DNA of 64,000 bases, taken from NCBI RefSeq assembly GCF_002482385.1, contig NZ_DLFW01000048.1:39417-103416 (forward strand). Reading direction: 5' to 3'. A program made the position numbers and the translations under genes. Origin of the DNA: Dysgonomonas sp. UBA7710 (GTDB taxonomy: Bacteria; Bacteroidota; Bacteroidia; Bacteroidales; Dysgonomonadaceae). Below the pieces are notes generated by a model. It was not told where the DNA came from and ran no database searches. It saw only the letters and a list, made by a program, of their open reading frames with translations. Positions within the stretch are counted from its first letter, which is position 1. Each line of letters opens with the position of its first letter. Below are positions 36,908 to 46,375 of the stretch, piece after piece.

Positions 36908-39900
36908 TTGTTTGGCTTATTGAACACATCCGCTGTTCAGGAATATGCCAAAGACCTTATTGTGAAGGAACTGAAGGCTAAATTAGGTACAGAACTGGGG
37001 ATCGGCAGTCTTCATTTTGAACCGTTCAATACCATTGCTATCGATAGCCTGTATCTTTATGACCAATCCAATGAGAAAGTTTTGATGGCTGATAAGGTTT
37101 CGGCAGGCGTTGATATCCTTGCCCTTATAAACGGTAAGATAGTAATCACTTCTGCATGGCTTACCGATTTTGAAGTCCACTTATCGAAAGACAGTACAAG
37201 TGCTCCTCTGAATATACAATATGTAATTGATGCATTCAAATCGAAAGATGATAAACCGAAAGCCAAGCTGGATATTAAGCTGAATGCAATCAACCTGTCC
37301 AATGGCCACTTTTCATATGATGTAAAAGACCGTCCTTTAAAGGTTGGCCAGTTTGATGCAAATCATATACAAGTATCCGGTATGGATGCTAAGTTTACTG
37401 TAAAGTCTATAAAGGAAGACTCTCTTAATATTCAGGTGAAAAAAATCAGTCTGAAGGAAAAAAGCGGACTGGAGATATCGAATCTTGTATTCAGAGTAAT
37501 CAGTCAGGGGAAAAAGATGTCGGTCAGGGGATTTGAGCTGAACCTGCCATCTTCCTATATGTCGTTAGAAAAATGCGAAATAGACCTCACGCCGACAAGT
37601 GATACGGCTAAAATACTTGATTACGCAGTTCTTGATTGTCGCGTAGCCCCTTCATATATAGCTCCGAAAGATATAGCGGCATTTGTTCCCGTATTGCAGA
37701 ATTTCAATGACTTAGTTAATATACGTGCCCATGTTTCGGGTTCGCTGGATAATCTGACCCTTTCTGAATTGTTCGTAAATTATGGGGAAAAGATGCATTT
37801 GACTGCTAATGCAGAGGTCAAAGATATCCGGGATTCCGAAAAAACATATCTTTTGGGCAGTGTCGACGATTTGACTATTGGGATTAATGAGGTGGAAAGT
37901 ATACTCAATAATTTTTCCAAAAATAAGACTCAATTGCCACCGCAATTAAAAAAGTTAGGTAGATTGTCTTTTATCGGCGATATTTCGGGTTATTTAAAAC
38001 AACTTACGGCTTTTGGCAGTCTGGATACAGACCTGGGTATTATTAAAACAGATGTGCTCTTCGGGCTGAATCCAAGAAAAGGAATAAGTTCCTTTGTACA
38101 TGGGAAAGTTTATACTTCAGACTTCGAACTGGGAAAGCTTTTGGATAACAAAGACTTGAACAAGATATCATTCAATCTTGCTGTTGATTTGGAGAAACCC
38201 ATATATGGTAAAATCAGGGGGACAGCAGACGGAGATATTCATAATTTCGATCTCAAAGGATATACGTATAAAGATATTTCGCTGGATGCAACTTACGACG
38301 GCCTGCGGGTAGACGGGCAACTGAATGTGAATGACGAGAATGGTATATTGAATGTTAACGGACTGTTTGATTTGACTGATAAAGAGAATCCGGAGTTGAA
38401 TTTCAGGGCCAGAATAAAGAACGTTCAACTGGCTAATTTGCATTTGGCCGAAAAGATGCAGCACTCTTATCTCTCTCTTTCCATAGATGCAGATTTTATC
38501 GGTAGCCATATCGATAATGCAGAGGGATATGTAAGGATAGATTCTATAGATTTTATCCGGGATGATAAGTTATTTCAAATGGATAGTCTTGTGGCAAGGG
38601 TTGCCGGCTTCCCGGACAATCGCAGGCTGAGTATAAGGTCTAACTTGCTAAAAGGAGATATCAACGGGATATATTCCATGTCGTCGATGATATATAGCGT
38701 GAAGCAGACATTGAGCATGTATTTGCCGGCTCTTATAAAGCCTGACAATAAGAAAAGACCGGAAGAGAAACCTAATATGCTTAATTTCGAATTGCAGATA
38801 AACAATAGCGAATCACTAAGCAGTATACTCGATCTGCCTGTTACAGTATTGAGTACTTCTAAAATAATCGGGTCTTATAATAATATAAATGACAGGTTTA
38901 ATCTCGAAATATTTGCTCCGTCGGTAAAAGCAGCCGGAATGAGCATACAATCGGGATATGTTGCAATACGCAATCCGCACGATACGATAGATGCTAAAAT
39001 AAACGCATTGGTTGCAGGCAAGAAAAATACAATCAATGATGTTGCTATTAATTCTAAGATTAAAGATAATCTAATCAATACAAATATATCACTGATAAAT
39101 ACAGGTGCGCAGAAAGCCCGCGGAAACTTTTCAATAAGTACACTCCTTACTAAAAATGAAACAGAGCCTTTCAGAGTGGATATAAACACATTACCTGGCG
39201 AACTATTGCTGAATAATGCCGATTGGAAAATGGACCAGTCACATATAGCCATACAGGATGGTCTGGTGTCCGTCGATAATTTCCGTATATATAACGAAGA
39301 TGGTAGTCAGGAGGTAAAAGTAAACGGGAAATATACCCAAAAGGATTCAAATGATATATTAAAGGCTGAACTCAAAAATATTAATCTCGAATATGTTTTC
39401 CAGACTTTAGCTATAGATGCCCTTCAGTTTGGTGGGGCAGCCACAGGTAGCCTGTTCGTATCGAGTATAGAGAAGAAGCCATATGCAAATACACGCCTCG
39501 AAGTGACCGACTTTAAATTTAACGGGACGGAATTAGGTAAATTGAATATATTCAGTGAACTGGATGATGAGACTAATCAGGTTGTCCTCGACGGGCTGAT
39601 CGTTAGCAAGGAAAATAAGCAGACGAAAGTAGATGGAATCTTAGACCCTATAAAACAGAGATTATCATTAAATTTCGATGCCGATAGTATCAACATAGGC
39701 TTTCTGAATAAATATGCCGAAACTATCTTTGACAATATCACAGGACGGGGTACGGGAAAAGTACATCTATATGGAGACTTTTCGAATGTAACAGTAGAAG
39801 GGAAGGCGTTTATCAAAGACGGAAGCTTGGGAATTCGTTTCCTGAATACACGCTATTCGTTTTCCGATACGGTTTATCTGAAGAAAGACCTTATCTACTT

Positions 39901-41353
39901 TAATGATTTGATACTGACCGATCAGTTTAATAACAGTGCGCATGCAAGCGGTAAGGTTGCGCATGATTTCTTTAGTAAATTTATGTATCTGGTCGAATTG
40001 AAAGCTGATAATTTTCTTGTTTACAACGCTTCACATTCTGTAAATCCCCTGTTTTACGGAAAAGTATTCGGCAGTGGAAATGGGACTATCGGCGGTGACG
40101 AAAGTGCCGTGGATGTGAATATCAGGATGCGTACGGAAGCCAATACACTTGTACGTATGAATTTTATGGAAGATGTCGTCAATGAATATTCTTTTATAAC
40201 ATATAAGAATAAACAGGAAGGAGATACGGTAAAAGAGGTAAAAACATCGATACTGGCTCCCCGCAATGATGCGGGAATGGATATCAATATGAACTTTTAT
40301 GTGGATGTAACTCCCGACGCTACATTAGAGTTGCTGATGGACCCTGTGGGTGGTGATATACTGAGGGGAACGGGTAGCGGAGCTATGCGCTTCGAATGGA
40401 ATCTGAAATCTTCGCCACGTCTCTATGGTACATATAATATCAACAGGGGAAGTTACAATTTTACTTTCCAGAGATTGATGGAGAGACGGTTCGATATACA
40501 GGATGGAAGTAATGTGCAATTCAGGGGTGATCCGTTTGATGCGACTCTGAATGTGGATGCTATATACAAAGTGAATGCGAGTCTTAACGATTTGGACGAT
40601 GATCTGGCCAAAAAGGTAGGGCAAACTACTATCCCGGTTAATTGTATACTCAACCTGACCGGTCCGCTCAAGCATCCCAACGTAGATTTGGATATAGCAT
40701 TGCCATCGACAGATGCAGAGGTAGAGCGGCAGGTGAAAAATCTTTTGAATACTCAGGACGAAATAAACAAACAGGTTGCATACCTGCTGATATTATCTAA
40801 GTTCAAAGCTCCTAATTATGCGACGCCGGGTGCGCAGACATCTGATTTCGCAGCTGTGGCCTCCGCTACTTTATCTAATCAGCTGACAAAAATTGTCAGC
40901 CGGATAGATGACAGGTGGCAACTGGGTACTAATATCCGCTATAGTGATGCCGAATTAACGAATACGGAGGCTGAATTGTTATTGTCGAGCCAGCTATTGA
41001 ATAACAGGCTTCTGATAAATGGGAACTTTGGTTATCGTAATTATCGTAACAATATAACCATGGATAATGAAGCCATGATAACCGATATAGATATAGAATA
41101 TCTGCTCAATAACGCGGGTACATGGCGTATAAAGGCATATAATCACTATAATGAGAAGTTCTATTATCTGGAACATGCTACACAGACACAGGGTGTCGGT
41201 ATCATTTATAAGAAAGATTTTGACGGGTTGCGCGACTTATTCAACTATCCGTGGATAAGACACAAGAAAGATACGGTGCCTCCTCCGATTGTACCTGATT
41301 CCATACAAAAGGGCAGTACACTGAGCCCTTTCATCAGAATGAAGAAAAAATGA
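36908..41353 (+). CDS. tamB: translocation/assembly module protein TamB (DUF490); true start probably upstream
   Basis: Protein of about 1480 aa with a C-terminal DUF490-like region. The in-frame upstream sequence (from about 36812) encodes the expected N-terminal TM anchor (KKIFLTIFGIIFGLVILLFGLL) but has no ATG. A TACTTTTG -7 box lies at 36725-36732. Confidence 0.75.
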   Translation: MFGLLNTSAVQEYAKDLIVKELKAKLGTELGIGSLHFEPFNTIAIDSLYLYDQSNEKVLMADKVSAGVDILALINGKIVITSAWLTDFEVHLSKDSTSAPLNIQYVIDAFKSKDDKPKAKLDIKLNAINLSNGHFSYDVKDRPLKVGQFDANHIQVSGMDAKFTVKSIKEDSLNIQVKKISLKEKSGLEISNLVFRVISQGKKMSVRGFELNLPSSYMSLEKCEIDLTPTSDTAKILDYAVLDCRVAPSYIAPKDIAAFVPVLQNFNDLVNIRAHVSGSLDNLTLSELFVNYGEKMHLTANAEVKDIRDSEKTYLLGSVDDLTIGINEVESILNNFSKNKTQLPPQLKKLGRLSFIGDISGYLKQLTAFGSLDTDLGIIKTDVLFGLNPRKGISSFVHGKVYTSDFELGKLLDNKDLNKISFNLAVDLEKPIYGKIRGTADGDIHNFDLKGYTYKDISLDATYDGLRVDGQLNVNDENGILNVNGLFDLTDKENPELNFRARIKNVQLANLHLAEKMQHSYLSLSIDADFIGSHIDNAEGYVRIDSIDFIRDDKLFQMDSLVARVAGFPDNRRLSIRSNLLKGDINGIYSMSSMIYSVKQTLSMYLPALIKPDNKKRPEEKPNMLNFELQINNSESLSSILDLPVTVLSTSKIIGSYNNINDRFNLEIFAPSVKAAGMSIQSGYVAIRNPHDTIDAKINALVAGKKNTINDVAINSKIKDNLINTNISLINTGAQKARGNFSISTLLTKNETEPFRVDINTLPGELLLNNADWKMDQSHIAIQDGLVSVDNFRIYNEDGSQEVKVNGKYTQKDSNDILKAELKNINLEYVFQTLAIDALQFGGAATGSLFVSSIEKKPYANTRLEVTDFKFNGTELGKLNIFSELDDETNQVVLDGLIVSKENKQTKVDGILDPIKQRLSLNFDADSINIGFLNKYAETIFDNITGRGTGKVHLYGDFSNVTVEGKAFIKDGSLGIRFLNTRYSFSDTVYLKKDLIYFNDLILTDQFNNSAHASGKVAHDFFSKFMYLVELKADNFLVYNASHSVNPLFYGKVFGSGNGTIGGDESAVDVNIRMRTEANTLVRMNFMEDVVNEYSFITYKNKQEGDTVKEVKTSILAPRNDAGMDINMNFYVDVTPDATLELLMDPVGGDILRGTGSGAMRFEWNLKSSPRLYGTYNINRGSYNFTFQRLMERRFDIQDGSNVQFRGDPFDATLNVDAIYKVNASLNDLDDDLAKKVGQTTIPVNCILNLTGPLKHPNVDLDIALPSTDAEVERQVKNLLNTQDEINKQVAYLLILSKFKAPNYATPGAQTSDFAAVASATLSNQLTKIVSRIDDRWQLGTNIRYSDAELTNTEAELLLSSQLLNNRLLINGNFGYRNYRNNITMDNEAMITDIDIEYLLNNAGTWRIKAYNHYNEKFYYLEHATQTQGVGIIYKKDFDGLRDLFNYPWIRHKKDTVPPPIVPDSIQKGSTLSPFIRMKKK

Positions 41354-42522
41354 ACCTTAGCGACGAATTAAAGGCTTTTATAATTACTCATGAGGCTGAT
41401 GATGTGCATTCGCTTGCTTTACAGGCAAAGCAATATCCCGATATAGATATGGAAATGGCTATTCGTCAGGTTACAGGACGCAAGATAGCCAAAGAGAAAA
41501 TCCCTTCGTGGTATGCCAATGACAACATAATTTATCCCAAACATTTGTCGATGGAACAATGCTCGTCGGAACAAACAGCCCTGTTTAAGGCCTCGCTATG
41601 CGGAGGTGAATCTATGGCCGATCTTACCGGTGGCCTGGGAGTAGACTGTTTTTTTCTCGCTCATGGTTTCAATAATGCCGTTTATGTAGAGCAGCAATCG
41701 GAGTTGGCCGAAATAGCTGTTCATAACTTTAAAATACTGGGACAGGATATAAAGGTCGTAAATGAAGATGCAGTGAGTTACTTGTCTTCTATGCCTCCTG
41801 TCAACCTTATTTATATAGATCCTGCACGCAGAGATAGTACAGGCCGTAAAACAGTACTGATAGAAGATTGTACTCCGAATATTCTCGATATAGAATCATT
41901 GCTGGAAGAAAAATCGAAGCAGGTAATGATAAAACTGTCGCCGATGCTGGATATTACTCTTGCCGTAAAATCGGTGAAATCCGTGTCGGATGTATATATT
42001 ATCAGTGTGAATAATGAATGCAAAGAGTTGCTCTTTATCAAAAAAGGAAATACAGGTAAAACTCTTTACCATTGCGTAAATATACAGAATAGCAATACAG
42101 ATACTTATACTTTCTATAAAGAAGATGAAGACACTATCTCTTTGAATTATACAACTAAAATAGCAAAATACCTGTACGAACCAAATGCGTCGATATTGAA
42201 AGCCGGTGCATACAAAAGTATAGCAAAAGCTTATTCTCTGGATAAATTACATCCCAGCAGTCACTTGTATACGTCTGATGTATTGTATGAAGATTTTCCG
42301 GGACGAAAGTTTGTTGTGGATAATATCTGCTCTCTGAATAAGAAAGATATGAAGGAATACCTGTCGGATATTAAGCAGGCAAATATTACTACCCGCAATT
42401 TCCCTTTGTCAGTTCAGGAAATAAGAAAAAAAACAGGGCTGAAAGATGGGGGAGATATATACATATTTGCCACTACATTAGCCGACGACAGGAAAGTATT
42501 ATTGATTTGCCATAAAGCCTGA
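41350..42522 (+). CDS. class I SAM-dependent methyltransferase (THUMP-like/RNA methyltransferase-like)
   Basis: Motif I LTGGLGVDCFFLA and motif ..LIYIDPARRD... ATGA overlap with tamB. Confidence 0.65.
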   Translation: MNLSDELKAFIITHEADDVHSLALQAKQYPDIDMEMAIRQVTGRKIAKEKIPSWYANDNIIYPKHLSMEQCSSEQTALFKASLCGGESMADLTGGLGVDCFFLAHGFNNAVYVEQQSELAEIAVHNFKILGQDIKVVNEDAVSYLSSMPPVNLIYIDPARRDSTGRKTVLIEDCTPNILDIESLLEEKSKQVMIKLSPMLDITLAVKSVKSVSDVYIISVNNECKELLFIKKGNTGKTLYHCVNIQNSNTDTYTFYKEDEDTISLNYTTKIAKYLYEPNASILKAGAYKSIAKAYSLDKLHPSSHLYTSDVLYEDFPGRKFVVDNICSLNKKDMKEYLSDIKQANITTRNFPLSVQEIRKKTGLKDGGDIYIFATTLADDRKVLLICHKA

Positions 42523-42532
42523 ATATAAAAAA

Positions 42533-42567
42533 AGCCTCGCAAAATCTTTTATGCAAGGCTTTTCTTC
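42533..42567. terminator. bidirectional intrinsic terminator between the methyltransferase gene and the flotillin gene
   Basis: Stem AGCCTCGCA/TGCAAGGCT (1 mismatch), flanked by an A-run and a T-run. Confidence 0.55.
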
Positions 42568-42582
42568 AATTATTTACTGATA

Positions 42583-44136
42583 TTATTTCTTCTTTTTCTC
42601 ATCTTCAGCAGGTGTAGGAGCCAGTGGAATTATTACCTCTTTATCCTTTTCCGCCTGTCCTTTCAGATAAGACGGAAGATTCATTCCCGCCATTCCGAAC
42701 AAGTCGTTTAACGGAGGTACGGATTTCATCAGGCCCGATATAAAGTTGGCGGTAGATGTCCTGCCATCGTCACCCGCACCGTTTCCTGTATCCCAGACAG
42801 TAACTTTGTCAATTTTGATATTCTTAACGGCCTCAACCTGAGTCTTAACCAGTTCAGGCAATTTCTCTATCAACAATAGCTGGTAAGCTGCCACAGGATC
42901 GCCTTTTGCAGCATTTACAACATCCCTGTAACCTTCCGCCTGTTTGGTCAGTATTTCATACAAACCGCGTGCTTCCGCATCCATTTTGGCGAAGATAGCG
43001 TCTGCATCTCCTTTAGCCTGTTCACGTACACGTTCGGCGGCAGCCTGCGCTTCAATGATAATTCTTTGCTTTTCTATCTCGGCAGGAACAACAACGTTGG
43101 CTATCTGCGTCGAACGCTCTCTTTCCGAACGAGCCAACTCGGCTTTTTGTTCAGCCATATATGCTTCTTCGAGAGCCTTGGCCTGCTGTACTTTTTCGGC
43201 AGCAACAGCCAGACGTGCAGCTTCCGCTTCTTTCTCGCGGCGTTGGGCATCCGAACCTGCAATTTCTATTTTCGCGGTGTTTTCACCCTTTACGGCTATT
43301 GCATTGGCTTCGGCGGTTTTCACACGGGTATCCCTGTCTGCTTCGGCCTTACCGATAGATTCGTCTCTTGCAGCACCTGCAATGCTTACTTCTCTGTCCT
43401 TCTGAGCCACAGCGATGGATACGTCCCTGTCTCTGTGAGTTTCGGCAATTTGTACATCGCGCATTCTGTCGGCGACAGCCTTACCTGTTTCCCCGATTTT
43501 TTCCTGCTCAGCCACGCTGATTTTTGCTTCATTGATAGCTTTTGCAGCGGCTTCCTTACCCAATGCTTCTATGTAGCCTGATTCATCATTGATGTCGGTA
43601 ACATTTACATTTATCAGTTTCAGACCAATTTTGCGAAGTTCCGTATCCACGTTTTTCGCAATGTTGTCAAGGAACTTGTCGCGGTCGGAGTTGATCTCCT
43701 CGATCATCATGGTAGCGATAACCAGACGCAATTGTCCGAACAGGATATCTTTAGCCAATTCCTGTATCTGGGAAGTAGTCAGTCCCAGAAGCCTTTCTGC
43801 CGCGTTATTCATATTTTCCTTCTCGGTGGAAATGGCAATTGTAAAGCGACACGGAACATCTACACGGATATTTTGTTTACTCAGTGCGCTGGTGAGGTTG
43901 GCTTCGATGGATATCGGTTTCAGATCCAGATAAGCAAAATCCTGGATAACAGGAATAATGAACGCACCGCCACCGTGAATACATTTGGCCGATGCACCGC
44001 CTGTTTTTCCATATACTACCAGGATTTTATCGGACGGACATCGTTTGTATCTCGACACCATGGCCGAAATAAATACAAACAGGGCAATGACACCTACGAC
44101 TATAATAATCGCAACATCAGGTATACCATCAATCAT
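42583..44136 (-). CDS. flotillin-like SPFH protein with a long Ala/Glu-rich coiled coil
   Basis: N-terminal TM helix, SPFH domain and an EA-rich coiled coil (..EKEAEAARLAVAAEKVQQAKALEEAY..). The reverse-frame ORFs on the plus strand are artefacts. Confidence 0.8.
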   Translation of the reverse strand: MIDGIPDVAIIIVVGVIALFVFISAMVSRYKRCPSDKILVVYGKTGGASAKCIHGGGAFIIPVIQDFAYLDLKPISIEANLTSALSKQNIRVDVPCRFTIAISTEKENMNNAAERLLGLTTSQIQELAKDILFGQLRLVIATMMIEEINSDRDKFLDNIAKNVDTELRKIGLKLINVNVTDINDESGYIEALGKEAAAKAINEAKISVAEQEKIGETGKAVADRMRDVQIAETHRDRDVSIAVAQKDREVSIAGAARDESIGKAEADRDTRVKTAEANAIAVKGENTAKIEIAGSDAQRREKEAEAARLAVAAEKVQQAKALEEAYMAEQKAELARSERERSTQIANVVVPAEIEKQRIIIEAQAAAERVREQAKGDADAIFAKMDAEARGLYEILTKQAEGYRDVVNAAKGDPVAAYQLLLIEKLPELVKTQVEAVKNIKIDKVTVWDTGNGAGDDGRTSTANFISGLMKSVPPLNDLFGMAGMNLPSYLKGQAEKDKEVIIPLAPTPAEDEKKKK

Positions 44137-44177
44137 AATTAATAAATGTTTTTAAATTAGTTTATAATAGAGTTACT

Positions 44178-44753
44178 TTAATTAGCCATGGGCGAAACCA
44201 GAAGAATACCTCCTTCTATGGCCTCTACTTTCACCAGTGAACCGCTTTTTATGTCCATATCACTGGATGTGATAGCCGGTAATTCGTGCGTAGAACCTTT
44301 GATACTTATAAATATTTTACCTTTTCCGCCTTTTGCGGCAGGGATATTCATATATACATCGGCTGTTTTCCCTATTGTATCTTCTATTTTGAAGGTGTTG
44401 TCTTCTGATAATTTCATCAGTCCTTTCATAACAAGGAAAAAGAGAATGATAAATAGTGAACCTACAAGGAATGCGATTATGCCTACTATAATCTTACTTT
44501 CGAACGAGCCGTACAATACTGCTCCTGTCCATCCGAATCCAAGCAGGAAGTTAACCAAATTCCTTAGTGAAAATAATTGAAAAGGAGAATCAGCCCCATC
44601 CAGATTACCATCGAAATCGGCATCTATACCTGTATCGGTATCGGCTCCGATAAAAGTCATAATGGTCTGGATTATAAATATAACACTGGCTCCTATAGCT
44701 ACATACCAATAAAACTGTTGTGTAGCATCCATACTTGAAAAAAACTCTTTCAT
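44178..44753 (-). CDS. NfeD-family membrane protein (flotillin partner)
   Basis: Several TM helices and a C-terminal OB-fold-like ..GSLVKVEAIEGGILLVSP... Lies upstream of the flotillin gene on the same strand. Confidence 0.7.
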   Translation of the reverse strand: MKEFFSSMDATQQFYWYVAIGASVIFIIQTIMTFIGADTDTGIDADFDGNLDGADSPFQLFSLRNLVNFLLGFGWTGAVLYGSFESKIIVGIIAFLVGSLFIILFFLVMKGLMKLSEDNTFKIEDTIGKTADVYMNIPAAKGGKGKIFISIKGSTHELPAITSSDMDIKSGSLVKVEAIEGGILLVSPMAN

Positions 44754-44925
44754 GGCAGTTCTTTGTTAATAGTTTATTTTCGCTTTTTTAGCTTAATACA
44801 AAAATAAGATTTTTTCCGAAATATACAATAGTTTTGAAAGGTTCTGAAATAAAAATATTTTAGAAAGTTTGTTTTTTAGATATTATAAAATAAAGAAATC
44901 TCTCACAAAGATGTAAAGACGCTTT

Positions 44926-45780
44926 TCAACGATTATTTATGTTTACATTTTCCCATCCTATTATTGCAGCCTTACGGCTGCTATCCCAGTGATACTGTCC
45001 GAATGAACCCGAAGATAGTATTACCCGGTGGCAGGGAATAAGGTATGCAACAGGGTTGTCGCCCACGGCAGAACCTACAGCCCTGCTTGCCTTGGGGTTG
45101 CCTGTTTGTCTGGCAATGTCGCTATAAGTTAAGAGTCTGCCCATGGGTATTTTCAAGAGGGACTCCCATACTTTAAGCTGAAAATCGGTACCTTTCACAT
45201 GCAGTTTTATTTGTTCCGGTCGTTGCCAGTCTTGTTTGAATATATATAGTGCATTTTGTTGGTTGTTGTCTGTCAGTTGTTTATAGTCTGCGTTCGGGAA
45301 TAGTTTTTGAAGTTCTTCCAAAGCGGTTGTTTCATTATTAGCGAAAGCCATGTAGCAGATACCTTTCATAGTAGATGCTATCAGAATCTCGCCGAAGGGA
45401 GTTTCTGCAAAGCTGTAATTGATAGCCAGGTTTTCTCCTCCGTTTTTATATTCTCCGGGTGTCATCCCTTCTATTTTTACAAACAGGTCATGTAGGCGTC
45501 CTGTGCCCGATAATCCGACCTCAAAAGCAGCATCGAAAAGTGTGGCACGGCTCTCTTTGAGTATCTTCTTGGCATTTTCGATACTGATGTATTGGAGAAA
45601 TTTTTTAGGGCTTACTCCCGCCCACTCGGTAAACATACGTTGAAGATGGTAAGGGCTAAGCGCAACATGGGCAGCAACATCGTCCAAACCGGGCTGGAAT
45701 TTATAATTATTGGTTATATATCCGATAGCATCTTTGATGCGGTCGAAGTCTATATTGTTTTGCTGGTTCATAAGAAACAA
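44926..45780 (-). CDS. Ada-like regulator: AraC-type HTH fused to O6-methylguanine-DNA methyltransferase
   Basis: N-terminal AraC HTH (..HVALSPYHLQRMFTEWAGVSPKKF..) and C-terminal MGMT with the active site IPCHRVI. Confidence 0.8.
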   Translation of the reverse strand: MFLMNQQNNIDFDRIKDAIGYITNNYKFQPGLDDVAAHVALSPYHLQRMFTEWAGVSPKKFLQYISIENAKKILKESRATLFDAAFEVGLSGTGRLHDLFVKIEGMTPGEYKNGGENLAINYSFAETPFGEILIASTMKGICYMAFANNETTALEELQKLFPNADYKQLTDNNQQNALYIFKQDWQRPEQIKLHVKGTDFQLKVWESLLKIPMGRLLTYSDIARQTGNPKASRAVGSAVGDNPVAYLIPCHRVILSSGSFGQYHWDSSRKAAIIGWENVNINNR

Positions 45781-45960
45781 ATTTAAATATTATAATGCGA
45801 AGTTAGGGTAGGGGAATTAGAAAATAAACCCGATTCTTGCGGAAAAAAATTATCTATATATGTAATAATAGCTTTTAGCTTTTAGCCGTTAGCTGATAGC
45901 TATCAGCTTTTTGAAAGAATGATATGAGGATTTGAAGATTCAAGGTTTAATGATTAAAAA

Positions 45961-46203
45961 AAGTGTAACCTTTGTAACCTTTTAACAAGTAGTAAGTCAA
46001 GTTTTTTTAATAATGAGTTACTTCGCCCTAGGGCAGTTACAAGTTACGAGTTGGCAGACTGTTTACTGCTTACTGCTAACTGAAAAGGTGTCACCTTTGT
46101 TACTTTTTAATAGTACGGGTTACGAGTGGACGGGATGCGGGTTGTTTTCTGATAACTGATGACTGCTAACTGATATATGTGTTACTTTTGTTACCTTTTA
46201 TAT
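45961..46203 (+). repeat. intergenic repeat locus C: three GTNACCTTTGTTAC-TTTTAA cores plus modules shared with loci A and B
   Basis: Cores at about 45964-45990, 46087-46112 and 46180-46200. GAGTTACTTCGCCCTAGGGCAGTTACAAGTTACGAGTT (with the palindrome GCCCTAGGGC) matches locus B. CTGATAACTGATGACTGCTAACTGATA matches locus A. Confidence 0.65.
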
Positions 46204-46375
46204 CTTATGTCTGTTGTTTGCTTATTTCCGATTACTGTTTACTAAAATATATTTTGTATTTTTGACGGACTTTTTTTGAACGTTTCAGAAAGCAAGATCA
46301 GAAGCAGTATTTATTCTGATTGTGTTGACTGTCGGGAAACCGGCAAATGAAATAAAAAATATAAACTATCATATA

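Noticed and set aside
42944-44142. Plus-strand ORFs (153, 171, 65, 114 and 136 aa) inside the flotillin gene region
   Set aside because: They are reverse-frame artefacts of the GC-richer Ala/Glu coiled-coil coding sequence. Their translations are low-complexity (Ser/Ala/Cys/Phe-rich), whereas the minus-strand flotillin ORF has clear family motifs.
46322-46375. Upstream start for pheT (MLTVGKPANEIKNINYHI)
   Set aside because: The canonical PheT N-terminus MNISYNWLK begins at 46376. The extension is not conserved-looking.
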